Shown here: piece by piece, positions 1-7,865 of the stretch | How positions within the stretch are numbered: position 1 is the first letter of the stretch | How the letters are laid out: each line of letters opens with the position of its first letter | From: Acutalibacteraceae bacterium | GTDB lineage: Bacteria > Bacillota > Clostridia > Oscillospirales > Acutalibacteraceae | Assembly (NCBI GenBank): GCA_045649505.1 | Contig: JAZRQA010000061.1 | Span: 7,235 to 71,234, forward strand | Direction: 5' to 3' | Length of the DNA: 64,000 nucleotides | Translations under genes and position numbers: made by a program | The notes under the pieces: model-generated | What the model was told of the DNA's origin: nothing | Seen by the model: the letters and a program-made list of their open reading frames with translations, nothing else | The model's database searches: none

Positions 1-761
1 TTGCCGTTACTTTTGCAGTGCCGCCTAAATCAATTATATCTGGCGAGCGAGCAAAACTTCTTATGACTCGTTCGGGTAAGCAGAGAAGCTTTGCTGAACT
101 GGGCGTTGAAAAATGCGATTTTCTTGATTTTGATGCCGTGCGGGATATGTCGCCTGTACAGTTTCTTGATTTTATCTGCAACAAATATAATGTTAAAATG
201 ATATCCTGCGGCTTTAACTACCGCTTTGGCAAGGACGCTGCGGGAGATGTAGAACTGCTGAAAAACTATTGCGCTAAAAAGGGAATAAAACTTCATATAT
301 GTCCACCCGTAACCGAAAACGGGATCTTAATCTCCTCCTCGGTTATAAGAGAGCTTATTGCCAAGGGTGATATTGAAACAGCAAATACCCTTTTATATAA
401 GCCCTTCGGATTTGATGCCCCTGTAATTCACGGTGATTGCCGAGGCAGAACAATAGGCTTCCCAACCGTTAATCAGCTTTATCCCCCTGAGCTTGTGTTG
501 CCCAAATTCGGGGTATATTCGGCGGATGCATATATCGGCGGCAAATACTATCGCGCCGTTACAAATTTAGGGCTTCGCCCCACATACCGTGTTGAAGCAC
601 CCTTGAGCGAAAGCTATCTTTTATGCTTTGAGGGCGACCTATACGGCAGTGTGGTAGAAATAAGACTTAAGCGGTTCTTGCGCGGTGAGGAAAAATTTTC
701 AAATATACAGGAACTTAAATCTGCCATAAGCGGAGATGTTTCTAAAGTGAAGTGGGAATAA
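1..761 (+). CDS. ribF: Bifunctional riboflavin kinase / FMN adenylyltransferase, 5' end cut by window edge
   Basis: Frame is open from the window start. FAD-synthetase part (GFNYRFGKDAAGD) is followed by the riboflavin-kinase part (GRTIGFPTVN, VTNLGLRPT). Confidence 0.85.
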   Translation, partial: AVTFAVPPKSIISGERAKLLMTRSGKQRSFAELGVEKCDFLDFDAVRDMSPVQFLDFICNKYNVKMISCGFNYRFGKDAAGDVELLKNYCAKKGIKLHICPPVTENGILISSSVIRELIAKGDIETANTLLYKPFGFDAPVIHGDCRGRTIGFPTVNQLYPPELVLPKFGVYSADAYIGGKYYRAVTNLGLRPTYRVEAPLSESYLLCFEGDLYGSVVEIRLKRFLRGEEKFSNIQELKSAISGDVSKVKWE

Positions 762-762
762 A

Positions 763-1704
763 ATGTTAGAAAACTTTTTAACCGTTGCAGGGCAGGTGCT
801 GGTGCTTTTCGGACTTATTGCAATGGGTTTTATACTTACAAAAAAAGGAATGTTAACAGAAAACGGCGCCAAGGTTTGTACCGATATTGCGCTCTACCTT
901 GCGGTGCCTGCGGTAATAATCCGCTCCTTTGTCAGCATGGAATATAACGCTGCCACACTTAAAACACTTCTATTTAGCTGTGGGGTGTGCTTGCTTATTC
1001 ATATTGCATATATTATTGTGGGCATGCTTGTTTTTTCAAGTCGAGATGATTCGCGTCAGCGAGTAATGCGCTTTGCCGCAATCTTTTCAAACGCGGGCTT
1101 TATGGCGCTGCCTTTACAGGAGGCACTGCTCGGTGAACAGGGTGTTTTCTTCGGCGCGACCTATGTGGTAATTTTTAATATCGTTGCCTGGAGCTACGGA
1201 GTAATTCTTATGAGCGGCGAAAAAAAGCAGCTTTCGGTTAAAAAAATGCTTTTCACTCCCGGACTTATCGGCACCGCGATAGGTGTGCTTTTCTTTGCGA
1301 TAAGTCTGCCTGTACCCGATATCATCAAAACCACTGGAATTTCTTTAATAAACCATACCGCTAATTTAAATACTCCAATACCTATGATAGTTATTGGTTA
1401 CTACCTTGCTACAAGCGACTTTAAAAAGGCTCTTAAAGATAAGGGTTGTTACTTAAATCTTGCAATGAGGCTGATTTTAATGCCCCTTGCAACGCTCGGC
1501 GTGCTTTATGCCTGCGCAATGAGAGGAACAATGCTTGTGTCATTAACCGTTGCCGCAAGCGCACCCACCGCCGCAATGACCACGATGTTTGCTGCAAAAT
1601 ACGGCAGAGATACCGAGCTTTCGGTTAATATTGTTTCTCTGTCAACCCTGCTTTCGATAATAACAATGCCTATTATAGTGGCAATAGCCCAATACATTGC
1701 GTAA
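763..1704 (+). CDS. AEC-family (auxin efflux carrier-like) membrane transporter
   Basis: 313 aa and strongly hydrophobic, with about 10 TM segments in two lobes. Starts 2 nt after the ribF stop. Confidence 0.65.
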   Translation: MLENFLTVAGQVLVLFGLIAMGFILTKKGMLTENGAKVCTDIALYLAVPAVIIRSFVSMEYNAATLKTLLFSCGVCLLIHIAYIIVGMLVFSSRDDSRQRVMRFAAIFSNAGFMALPLQEALLGEQGVFFGATYVVIFNIVAWSYGVILMSGEKKQLSVKKMLFTPGLIGTAIGVLFFAISLPVPDIIKTTGISLINHTANLNTPIPMIVIGYYLATSDFKKALKDKGCYLNLAMRLILMPLATLGVLYACAMRGTMLVSLTVAASAPTAAMTTMFAAKYGRDTELSVNIVSLSTLLSIITMPIIVAIAQYIA

Positions 1705-1736
1705 AAAGACCGAAAATTATTTCGGTCTTTTTTTGT
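1705..1736 (+). terminator. Intrinsic terminator after the AEC transporter
   Basis: AGACCGAAA-atta-TTTCGGTCT hairpin followed by T7. Confidence 0.8.
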
Positions 1737-1743
1737 TAAATCC

Positions 1744-1772
1744 TTGACAATCCAACTAAAGTAGTGTATAAT
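1744..1772 (+). promoter_or_regulatory. Sigma-A type promoter of the Crp/Fnr-ABC operon
   Basis: TTGACA (1744-1749), 17-nt spacer, TG-n-TATAAT (1765-1772). Confidence 0.6.
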
Positions 1773-1798
1773 AAAACTGTCCCAAATGGGACAGTTTT
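1773..1798. promoter_or_regulatory. 26-bp perfect palindrome (candidate operator) at the transcription start region
   Basis: AAAACTGTCCCA-aa-TGGGACAGTTTT lies immediately downstream of the -10 box and upstream of the RBS of the Crp/Fnr-family gene. Confidence 0.5.
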
Positions 1799-1809
1799 GA
1801 GGTGAAAAA

Positions 1810-2436
1810 ATGCAGGACCTTTTTCTGACAAGAGGGCTTGACGAAAATCAAATGGCGGACATAAAGAAACTTATGCCGCCGCCAAGGGCTTTTGAAAAGG
1901 GCGAACTTATTTACGGCGAGGAGCATTTTTTAAAGGCAATCGGCGTGATAACGAAGGGTAGCGTTACCGTAAAAACGGCTGATAACGGCACCACCATATT
2001 GCGTACTCTTTGTGCGGGGGAAACCTTTGGGGCCTCGGCGGTGTATAGCAGTCAGGAGCGGTTTGTAAGCAAAATTACTGCCGCAACGCAGTGCGAAATA
2101 GTTTTTTTAGATGAAGATACCTTATCGAAAATATTTTTAAAATTTCCTAGTACGGTTAAAAACTATATTGAACTTTTGTCCGACAAGATCAGGTTTTTAA
2201 ATCAAAAAATAGGTATTCTTTCGGCTAAATCAACGCCGCAACGGGTTTACGAATACCTGCTTACCGTTTGTAACGATGAAGGAAATGCAGTTTTACCTAA
2301 TATGACCTGTGTTTGCAAAACCCTCGGTATAGGGCGTTCAAGCCTGTACCGCAGTTTTGACATTTTGAGTGAAAAGGGTCTTATAGAAAAACGAGAAAAC
2401 AAAGTAAAGGTGATAAGCTATGAAAAAAACAGTTAG
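1810..2436 (+). CDS. Crp/Fnr-family transcriptional regulator
   Basis: 208 aa. N-terminal cNMP-binding-like beta-roll (GELIYGEE..GETFGASAV) and C-terminal HTH (TCVCKTLGIGRSSLYRSFDIL). Confidence 0.8.
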   Translation: MQDLFLTRGLDENQMADIKKLMPPPRAFEKGELIYGEEHFLKAIGVITKGSVTVKTADNGTTILRTLCAGETFGASAVYSSQERFVSKITAATQCEIVFLDEDTLSKIFLKFPSTVKNYIELLSDKIRFLNQKIGILSAKSTPQRVYEYLLTVCNDEGNAVLPNMTCVCKTLGIGRSSLYRSFDILSEKGLIEKRENKVKVISYEKNS

Positions 2437-3394
2437 TATTTTACTCGTCCTTGTCCTTGTTGTAGGACTTCTTGCGGGCTGCGGCGAAAGGTCAGCCCAG
2501 CGTACGGCTATGAATGTTTATGCCATTAAGGGCCCTACGGGTATCGGTTTGGTTTCGCTTATGCAGGCTGATGAAAACGGTACCGCCAAGCACGACTATA
2601 ACTTTACCGTTGTTGCAGAGCCTAGCGAGGTTATTGGTAAGATATCGAGTAAAGAGGCGGATATTGCCGCTATTCCTACAAATATGGCATCCGCTCTTTA
2701 TAAAAAGACCTCAGGCGGAATTACCGTGCTCGCCCTTAATACATCGGGTAACCTGTTCATTATGGAAAAGGGCAACGAAATAAACTCTATTTCCGACTTA
2801 AAGGGCAAGACCGTCTACTCCACAGGTCAGGGCGCAAACCCTGAATTTATTATCAACTACATTTTAAAGAAAAATAATCTGAATGTCGGTACCGATGTAA
2901 AGGTTGAATACCTCGCCCAGAACGATGAGCTGGTTGCTAAGCTTAAAACTAACGATAATGCTATTCTTTTAGCCCCTCAACCTGCCGCCGCTACCGTGCT
3001 TTCCAAGGTTGAAGGCTCCCGTCTTGCCATTGATATGACAGATGAGTTTGAAAAGGCATCGGGCGTTAATATGTATATGGGCTGCATTGTTGTAAGAAAT
3101 GAGTTTCTAAAAGAAAACGAAGCCGCCGTTAAGGAGTTTTTAAATGAGTACGAGGCGTCGGTAAACAAGGTTCTTAACGATACCGACGGTTGCGCAACCC
3201 TTTGCGAAAAGTATCAAATAATTCCTGCATTTAAGATTGCTCAAAAGGCTATTCCTGAGAGTGGCGTATGCTATCTTGACGGTGAGGATATGAAAATTGC
3301 GTTGTCAAAATACCTTAAAATCTGCCTTGGCGAAATGCCAAAGCTTATAGGAGGAGAAGTGCCGAGTGAAGCCTTCTACTATACAGGCAAGTAA
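2420..3394 (+). CDS. ABC transporter substrate-binding lipoprotein (NMT1/SsuA-like)
   Basis: Signal peptide with lipobox LLAGC. Periplasmic-binding fold typical of nitrate/sulfonate/HMP-type binding proteins. Overlaps the regulator stop. Confidence 0.7.
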   Translation: MKKTVSILLVLVLVVGLLAGCGERSAQRTAMNVYAIKGPTGIGLVSLMQADENGTAKHDYNFTVVAEPSEVIGKISSKEADIAAIPTNMASALYKKTSGGITVLALNTSGNLFIMEKGNEINSISDLKGKTVYSTGQGANPEFIINYILKKNNLNVGTDVKVEYLAQNDELVAKLKTNDNAILLAPQPAAATVLSKVEGSRLAIDMTDEFEKASGVNMYMGCIVVRNEFLKENEAAVKEFLNEYEASVNKVLNDTDGCATLCEKYQIIPAFKIAQKAIPESGVCYLDGEDMKIALSKYLKICLGEMPKLIGGEVPSEAFYYTGK

Positions 3395-4121
3395 AAAATT
3401 TATCATTGCCTTGGCGGTTGGAGCGTTTTGGGTTGGAGTATGGTATTTAGCGGCTGTTTTGGTTAATCAGGAGCTGCTGGTACCTACCCCTGCGCTTACC
3501 GTAAAAACTCTTTTTGGTCTTGCCGCCACGGGTAAGTTCTGGCTCAATGTGCTTTTTTCAACTCTTCGTATAATCGAAGGATTTTTAATTGGCGTATTGC
3601 TTGGCATTTTAGGTGGATATCTAAGCGCAAAAAGCCGCATAATACACATTCTGTGCTCCCCCGTTTTACATCTTGCCAGAGCTGTGCCCGTAGTGTCCTT
3701 TATTCTGCTTGCATTTGTATGGATAAAAACCAACGGCATAGCAGTGTTCATAACCGTGCTTATGGTGACGCCTATTATCTGGGAAACGGTGCGCTCAGCT
3801 CTTTGCTCAATCGACCGTAAATTGGTGGAAATGGGTCAGGTTTTCTTGCTTTCTTCAAGGGAAATTCTTTTAAAAATCAAGCTTCCGCAGATAATACCTG
3901 CCTTTTTAACCGCCTGCACCTCTGCATTAGGCCTTGCGTGGAAGGCGGGTATAGCGGCGGAATACATTTGTCACCCAAAGCAGTCGGTGGGCGTAATGCT
4001 ATATAACGCAAAAACCTACCTTGAAACCGCTGAAACCTTTGCGCTCACCCTTGTGGTGGTGATTGTTTCACTTGCTCTTGAGTTGCTTATGAAGCGTGTG
4101 ACACGGAGGTGGCGGGTATGA
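3366..4121 (+). CDS. ABC transporter permease (BPD_transp_1 type)
   Basis: 251 aa with about 6 TM segments. Overlaps both neighbouring genes. The start codon (GTG 3366) is uncertain. Confidence 0.75.
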   Translation: MKPSTIQASKKFIIALAVGAFWVGVWYLAAVLVNQELLVPTPALTVKTLFGLAATGKFWLNVLFSTLRIIEGFLIGVLLGILGGYLSAKSRIIHILCSPVLHLARAVPVVSFILLAFVWIKTNGIAVFITVLMVTPIIWETVRSALCSIDRKLVEMGQVFLLSSREILLKIKLPQIIPAFLTACTSALGLAWKAGIAAEYICHPKQSVGVMLYNAKTYLETAETFALTLVVVIVSLALELLMKRVTRRWRV

Positions 4122-4675
4122 TAGAGTTTAAAAACGTTAATTTTGCCTACTCTGATAAGGCGGTCATAAAAGACTTTAATTTAAAGATTGCAACTGGTGA
4201 GCGTGTTTGCATTTTCGGCGAATCGGGAAAAGGGAAAACCACGCTGCTTCGTCTTATATCAGGGCTTGAAAAGCCCACATCAGGTCAAATAACAGGCATA
4301 AACGGCAAAAAAATCTCTGTTGTCTTTCAGGAGGACAGATTGCTTAAGTGGCGCAGCGTCCTCGATAACGCCGCCCTTGCAGGCAACAGGGAAAAGGCGG
4401 AAGAAATTCTCGCCGCCCTTGGACTTGGTGATTGTTTAGATATGTACCCTGACGAGCTGAGCGGTGGTATGCGCCGAAGGGTTGCAATTGCTCGCGCCTT
4501 GTGTGCCGATTTCGATATACTTTTGCTCGATGAGCCCTTTAACGGCTTAGACGAGGAACTTATAAAAATCACTGCCGCGCTTATTGATAAACACCTTTTT
4601 GGGCGTACTCTTGTGCTTGTAACCCACAATGAGGAAAACTTACAGCTTTTGCAGGCAAAGAAAATAGTAATTTAG
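4118..4675 (+). CDS. ABC transporter ATP-binding protein (short form)
   Basis: Walker A GESGKGKTT, signature LSGGMRRR, Walker B LLLDEP. ATG 4118 follows GGAGGTGG and forms an ATGA overlap with the permease stop. Confidence 0.85.
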   Translation: MIEFKNVNFAYSDKAVIKDFNLKIATGERVCIFGESGKGKTTLLRLISGLEKPTSGQITGINGKKISVVFQEDRLLKWRSVLDNAALAGNREKAEEILAALGLGDCLDMYPDELSGGMRRRVAIARALCADFDILLLDEPFNGLDEELIKITAALIDKHLFGRTLVLVTHNEENLQLLQAKKIVI

Positions 4676-4703
4676 CATTGCAATTAACAACAAAATATAA
4701 TAA

Positions 4704-4737
4704 AATAACAGTATCAATACAGATGCTGTTATTTTTT
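4704..4737 (+). terminator. Probable intrinsic terminator of the ABC operon
   Basis: AATAACAG-N13-CTGTTATT followed by a T-run. The loop is rather long. Confidence 0.5.
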
Positions 4738-4756
4738 AATTGGAGTGAGCATAAAG

Positions 4757-5962
4757 ATGAAATATCTGGTAATTTTGTGCGACGGTATGGCGGACCTGCC
4801 AAACGCCGCGCTTAACGGGAAAACACCTATGCAGTGCGCAAAAAAGCCGAATATTGATGCTATGTGTAAAATGGGTAAAAGCGGTCTTTGCAAAACCGTA
4901 GCTGATGGTATGAAGCCGGGAAGCGATGTCGCAAACCTTAGCGTTTTGGGTTATGACCCTACCGTCTGCTATACAGGACGCTCTCCGTTGGAGGCGGCAA
5001 GCATCGGCGTTGGTTTAAAGCCTGACGATGTGGCTTTGCGTTGTAATATCGTTACTTTGTCCGATGAGGAAGATTACGAGGATAAAACTATGGTGGATTA
5101 CTGCGCGGGTGATATCTCCACCGCCGAGGCCGAGCAAATCATAAAAACTATTGAGCAAAAGCTTGGCAGCGATATTTATACCTTCTATGCAGGCGTTTCC
5201 TACCGCCATTGTCTGGTTGTTGCAAATGGAACAACCGAACTTGGAACAATGACTCCACCGCACGATATAAGCGGCAAAGTTGTGGGCGAGTATTTGAGCA
5301 AGTCGCAAAATGCCGCACCGCTTGTTGAGCTTATGAAAAAAAGCTATGATATTTTAAAGGAACACCCCGTAAATAAGGCAAGAACTAAGCGGGGTGAACG
5401 CCCTGCTAATTCAATATGGCTTTGGGGTGAGGGTAGGAAGCCTGTCCTTGAGAATTTTAAGAATAAATTCGGCGTTAGCGGCGCAATAGTTTCGGCGGTT
5501 GACCTGCTTAAGGGTATAGGTATCTGCGCAGGTATGGCTACGCCTGACGTTGCAGGTGCAACGGGATATATTGATACTAATTTTGAAGGCAAGGCGCAAG
5601 CCGCAATTAAGGCATTTGAGGACGGCAATGACCTTGTATACATACATATTGAAGCTCCTGACGAATGCGGTCACCGAGGTGAACCGTTTAACAAGGTCAA
5701 GGCTATAGAGCTTATTGATGAGAAAATAGCAGCGCCTGTGCTTGAATACCTGAAAAAACAAGGGGATTTTCGTGTTCTTGTTATGCCCGACCACCCTACA
5801 CCCCTTTCTACAATGACCCACTCGGCCGAGGCTGTGCCCTATATGCTTTACGATAGCCGCAATCCTCAGCGCGGCGAGCCTTCCTTTACCGAGGAAAACG
5901 CAAAGAACGGTGAGTATATTGAAAACGGTCCTCAGGTTATGAGCCTGCTGCTTGAAAAATAA
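4757..5962 (+). CDS. apgM: Cofactor-independent phosphoglycerate mutase, archaeal-type (ApgM family)
   Basis: MKYLVILCDGMAD N-terminus, metalloenzyme motifs (HIEAPDECGH, MPDHPTP). GGAG lies 11 nt upstream of ATG 4757. Confidence 0.8.
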   Translation: MKYLVILCDGMADLPNAALNGKTPMQCAKKPNIDAMCKMGKSGLCKTVADGMKPGSDVANLSVLGYDPTVCYTGRSPLEAASIGVGLKPDDVALRCNIVTLSDEEDYEDKTMVDYCAGDISTAEAEQIIKTIEQKLGSDIYTFYAGVSYRHCLVVANGTTELGTMTPPHDISGKVVGEYLSKSQNAAPLVELMKKSYDILKEHPVNKARTKRGERPANSIWLWGEGRKPVLENFKNKFGVSGAIVSAVDLLKGIGICAGMATPDVAGATGYIDTNFEGKAQAAIKAFEDGNDLVYIHIEAPDECGHRGEPFNKVKAIELIDEKIAAPVLEYLKKQGDFRVLVMPDHPTPLSTMTHSAEAVPYMLYDSRNPQRGEPSFTEENAKNGEYIENGPQVMSLLLEK

Positions 5963-5981
5963 TATAAAGCGAGGCTCTTTA

Positions 5982-7379
5982 ATGTTAAGCGAATGGCTAA
6001 GTATAATAGATTCCTTTGTCTGGGGTGTGCCCCTTATCTCACTCATAGTGTTTGTGGGAATTTATCTAACCGTTCGCCTTAAATTTCTTCAGATTTTCTC
6101 TTTGAAAAGAGCGATGAAGAGTATATTTGAAAAAGAACAGGGCGCCGACGGAGATGTTTCCGGTTTCGGCGCCCTTTGCATTTCCCTTTCTGCAACGCTC
6201 GGAACGGGTAACATCGTAGGTGTCGCCACAGCCGTAATCTTAGGCGGTCCTGGCGCGCTGTTTTGGATGTTGGTTGCCGCCTTTTTCGGTATGGCGACAA
6301 AATATGCCGAAGGCGTTCTCGCGGTTAAATACCGCGTAAAAAGCGGCAGTGGGCATATCGGCGGCCCGTTTTATTATATAGAGCGGGGAATGGGCGAAAA
6401 ATACAAATGGCTTGCTAAGGCCTTTGCCTTTTTTGGTGCCGTTGCGGGGGCGCTGGGTATAGGTACCGTCGCCCAGATAAGCGGCATAACCGCTGCCGCA
6501 AGGGATTTTTTTGACCCTAACCGTCAAAATTGCGCATTCACCCTTTTCGGCAATTCCTATACCGTAGCCGAAGTAATAACGGGTGTTATAGTCACCCTGC
6601 TCGCAGGTGCGGTGCTTATAGGCGGCGTAAAGCGTATAGCAAAGGTGTCACAGTTCTTTATTCCCGTTATGTCCTTCATATATATTTTTATATGCCTTAC
6701 AATATTACTGACCAACGCAACGGCGCTTCCCCAAGCGGTGTGGGTGATAATAAAGGGCGCATTTGACCCTAAAGCCGTTACAGGCGGTACGGTGGGCAGT
6801 ATGTTTGCCGCGCTTCAGGTGGGAGTTGCAAGGGGCGTATTCACAAATGAATCGGGCCTTGGCTCGGCCCCCATAGCCGCCGCCGCCGCGAAAAGCAACT
6901 CCTGTGTAAAACAAGGTCTTGTGTCTATGACGGGTACCTTCATAGATACGATGATTATGTGTACCATAACAGGACTTTGTATTGTGGTAACGGGTGCGTG
7001 GCGGCAAAGCGGGCTGGAGGGCGTTCAGGTTACTGCCTATACCTTTAGTCAGGGAATAAATTTTCTGTCGGATAGAGCCTGTGAGGGGATATTAAGTCTT
7101 TGTCTTGTGTTTTTTGCTTTTTCCACAATTATCGGTTGGTATTACTATGCTCGTTGCTGTGCCGAATATTTTTTTAACTGTAATCCGTTTGCAATTAAAG
7201 CCTACCGCATTTTTTATATTGCCGCAGTCGGGGTGGGCGCCTATATCCCCATTTCTGCCGTGTGGAGCCTCGCCGATATTTTTAATGCTCTTATGGCTTT
7301 GCCAAATCTTTGGGCGCTTCTCGCCCTTAGCGGCGAGGTGATAAAGGAAACAAGACAAGATTCTTTGAGGCAACTGTGA
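5982..7379 (+). CDS. Alanine/glycine:cation symporter (AGCS family)
   Basis: About 465 aa and polytopic. AGCS-like motifs (GTGNIVGVATA, FTNESGLGSAPIAAAAA). GAGG lies 7 nt upstream of ATG 5982. Confidence 0.85.
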   Translation: MLSEWLSIIDSFVWGVPLISLIVFVGIYLTVRLKFLQIFSLKRAMKSIFEKEQGADGDVSGFGALCISLSATLGTGNIVGVATAVILGGPGALFWMLVAAFFGMATKYAEGVLAVKYRVKSGSGHIGGPFYYIERGMGEKYKWLAKAFAFFGAVAGALGIGTVAQISGITAAARDFFDPNRQNCAFTLFGNSYTVAEVITGVIVTLLAGAVLIGGVKRIAKVSQFFIPVMSFIYIFICLTILLTNATALPQAVWVIIKGAFDPKAVTGGTVGSMFAALQVGVARGVFTNESGLGSAPIAAAAAKSNSCVKQGLVSMTGTFIDTMIMCTITGLCIVVTGAWRQSGLEGVQVTAYTFSQGINFLSDRACEGILSLCLVFFAFSTIIGWYYYARCCAEYFFNCNPFAIKAYRIFYIAAVGVGAYIPISAVWSLADIFNALMALPNLWALLALSGEVIKETRQDSLRQL

Positions 7380-7404
7380 AAATTGTATTTTTGTGTATAT
7401 GAAC

Positions 7405-7442
7405 AAACCAACCGTATGGAGAAAACACCATACGGTTGGTTT
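7405..7442. terminator. Bidirectional terminator between convergent genes
   Basis: 15-bp perfect stem AAACCAACCGTATGG / CCATACGGTTGGTTT with an 8-nt loop, flanked by A/T runs. Confidence 0.8.
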
Positions 7443-7447
7443 ATAAT

Positions 7448-7720
7448 TTATAAATTTCTTTTAATTTCATCAAGTTCTTTTTTTATATTATCTATTTTTC
7501 TTCTCAGGTCTTCCTTGGATAATACGGAACTGCTCGTTCTTCCTACAAGATAGTCTATACTTACCTTAAAATAATCCGAGAGCTTGATAAGTGCATAACT
7601 ATCAGGATTGGTTCTTTCGGTTTCATAATTGGAGATGGTCTTTTGATCAATGCCCGTGGCATTTGCAATATCTATTTGTCTTAAATTTTTCTCCTCGCGC
7701 AGTTGACGGATCCTATTCAT
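7448..7720 (-). CDS. XRE-family HTH transcriptional regulator
   Basis: 90 aa with an HTH_3-like N-terminus (LREEKNLRQIDIANATGIDQKTISNYE). AT-rich, and divergent from the dockerin gene. Confidence 0.85.
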   Translation of the reverse strand: MNRIRQLREEKNLRQIDIANATGIDQKTISNYETERTNPDSYALIKLSDYFKVSIDYLVGRTSSSVLSKEDLRRKIDNIKKELDEIKRNL

Positions 7721-7781
7721 AGTTAATCAGCCTTTCGCATATATAATTTCCTAAATTATACTAAAAAATTACTAATAAGAC

Positions 7782-7810
7782 TTGATTTACTAAGAAAATA
7801 CGGTTATAAT
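7782..7810 (+). promoter_or_regulatory. Sigma-A type promoter of the dockerin/cohesin gene pair
   Basis: TTGATT (7782-7787), 17-nt spacer, TATAAT (7805-7810). Confidence 0.55.
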
Positions 7811-7819
7811 AATGTCTAA

Positions 7820-7835
7820 TAGGAATATATTCCTA
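7820..7835. promoter_or_regulatory. 16-bp perfect palindrome, candidate operator
   Basis: TAGGAATA|TATTCCTA starts 10 nt downstream of the -10 box. Confidence 0.45.
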
Positions 7836-7865
7836 CAAGGTGAAAATATAAAAGGAGAAAAATAA

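Noticed and set aside
5411-6046. 211-aa minus-strand ORF
   Set aside because: It is antisense to the well-supported apgM gene, and its translation has no recognisable motifs.
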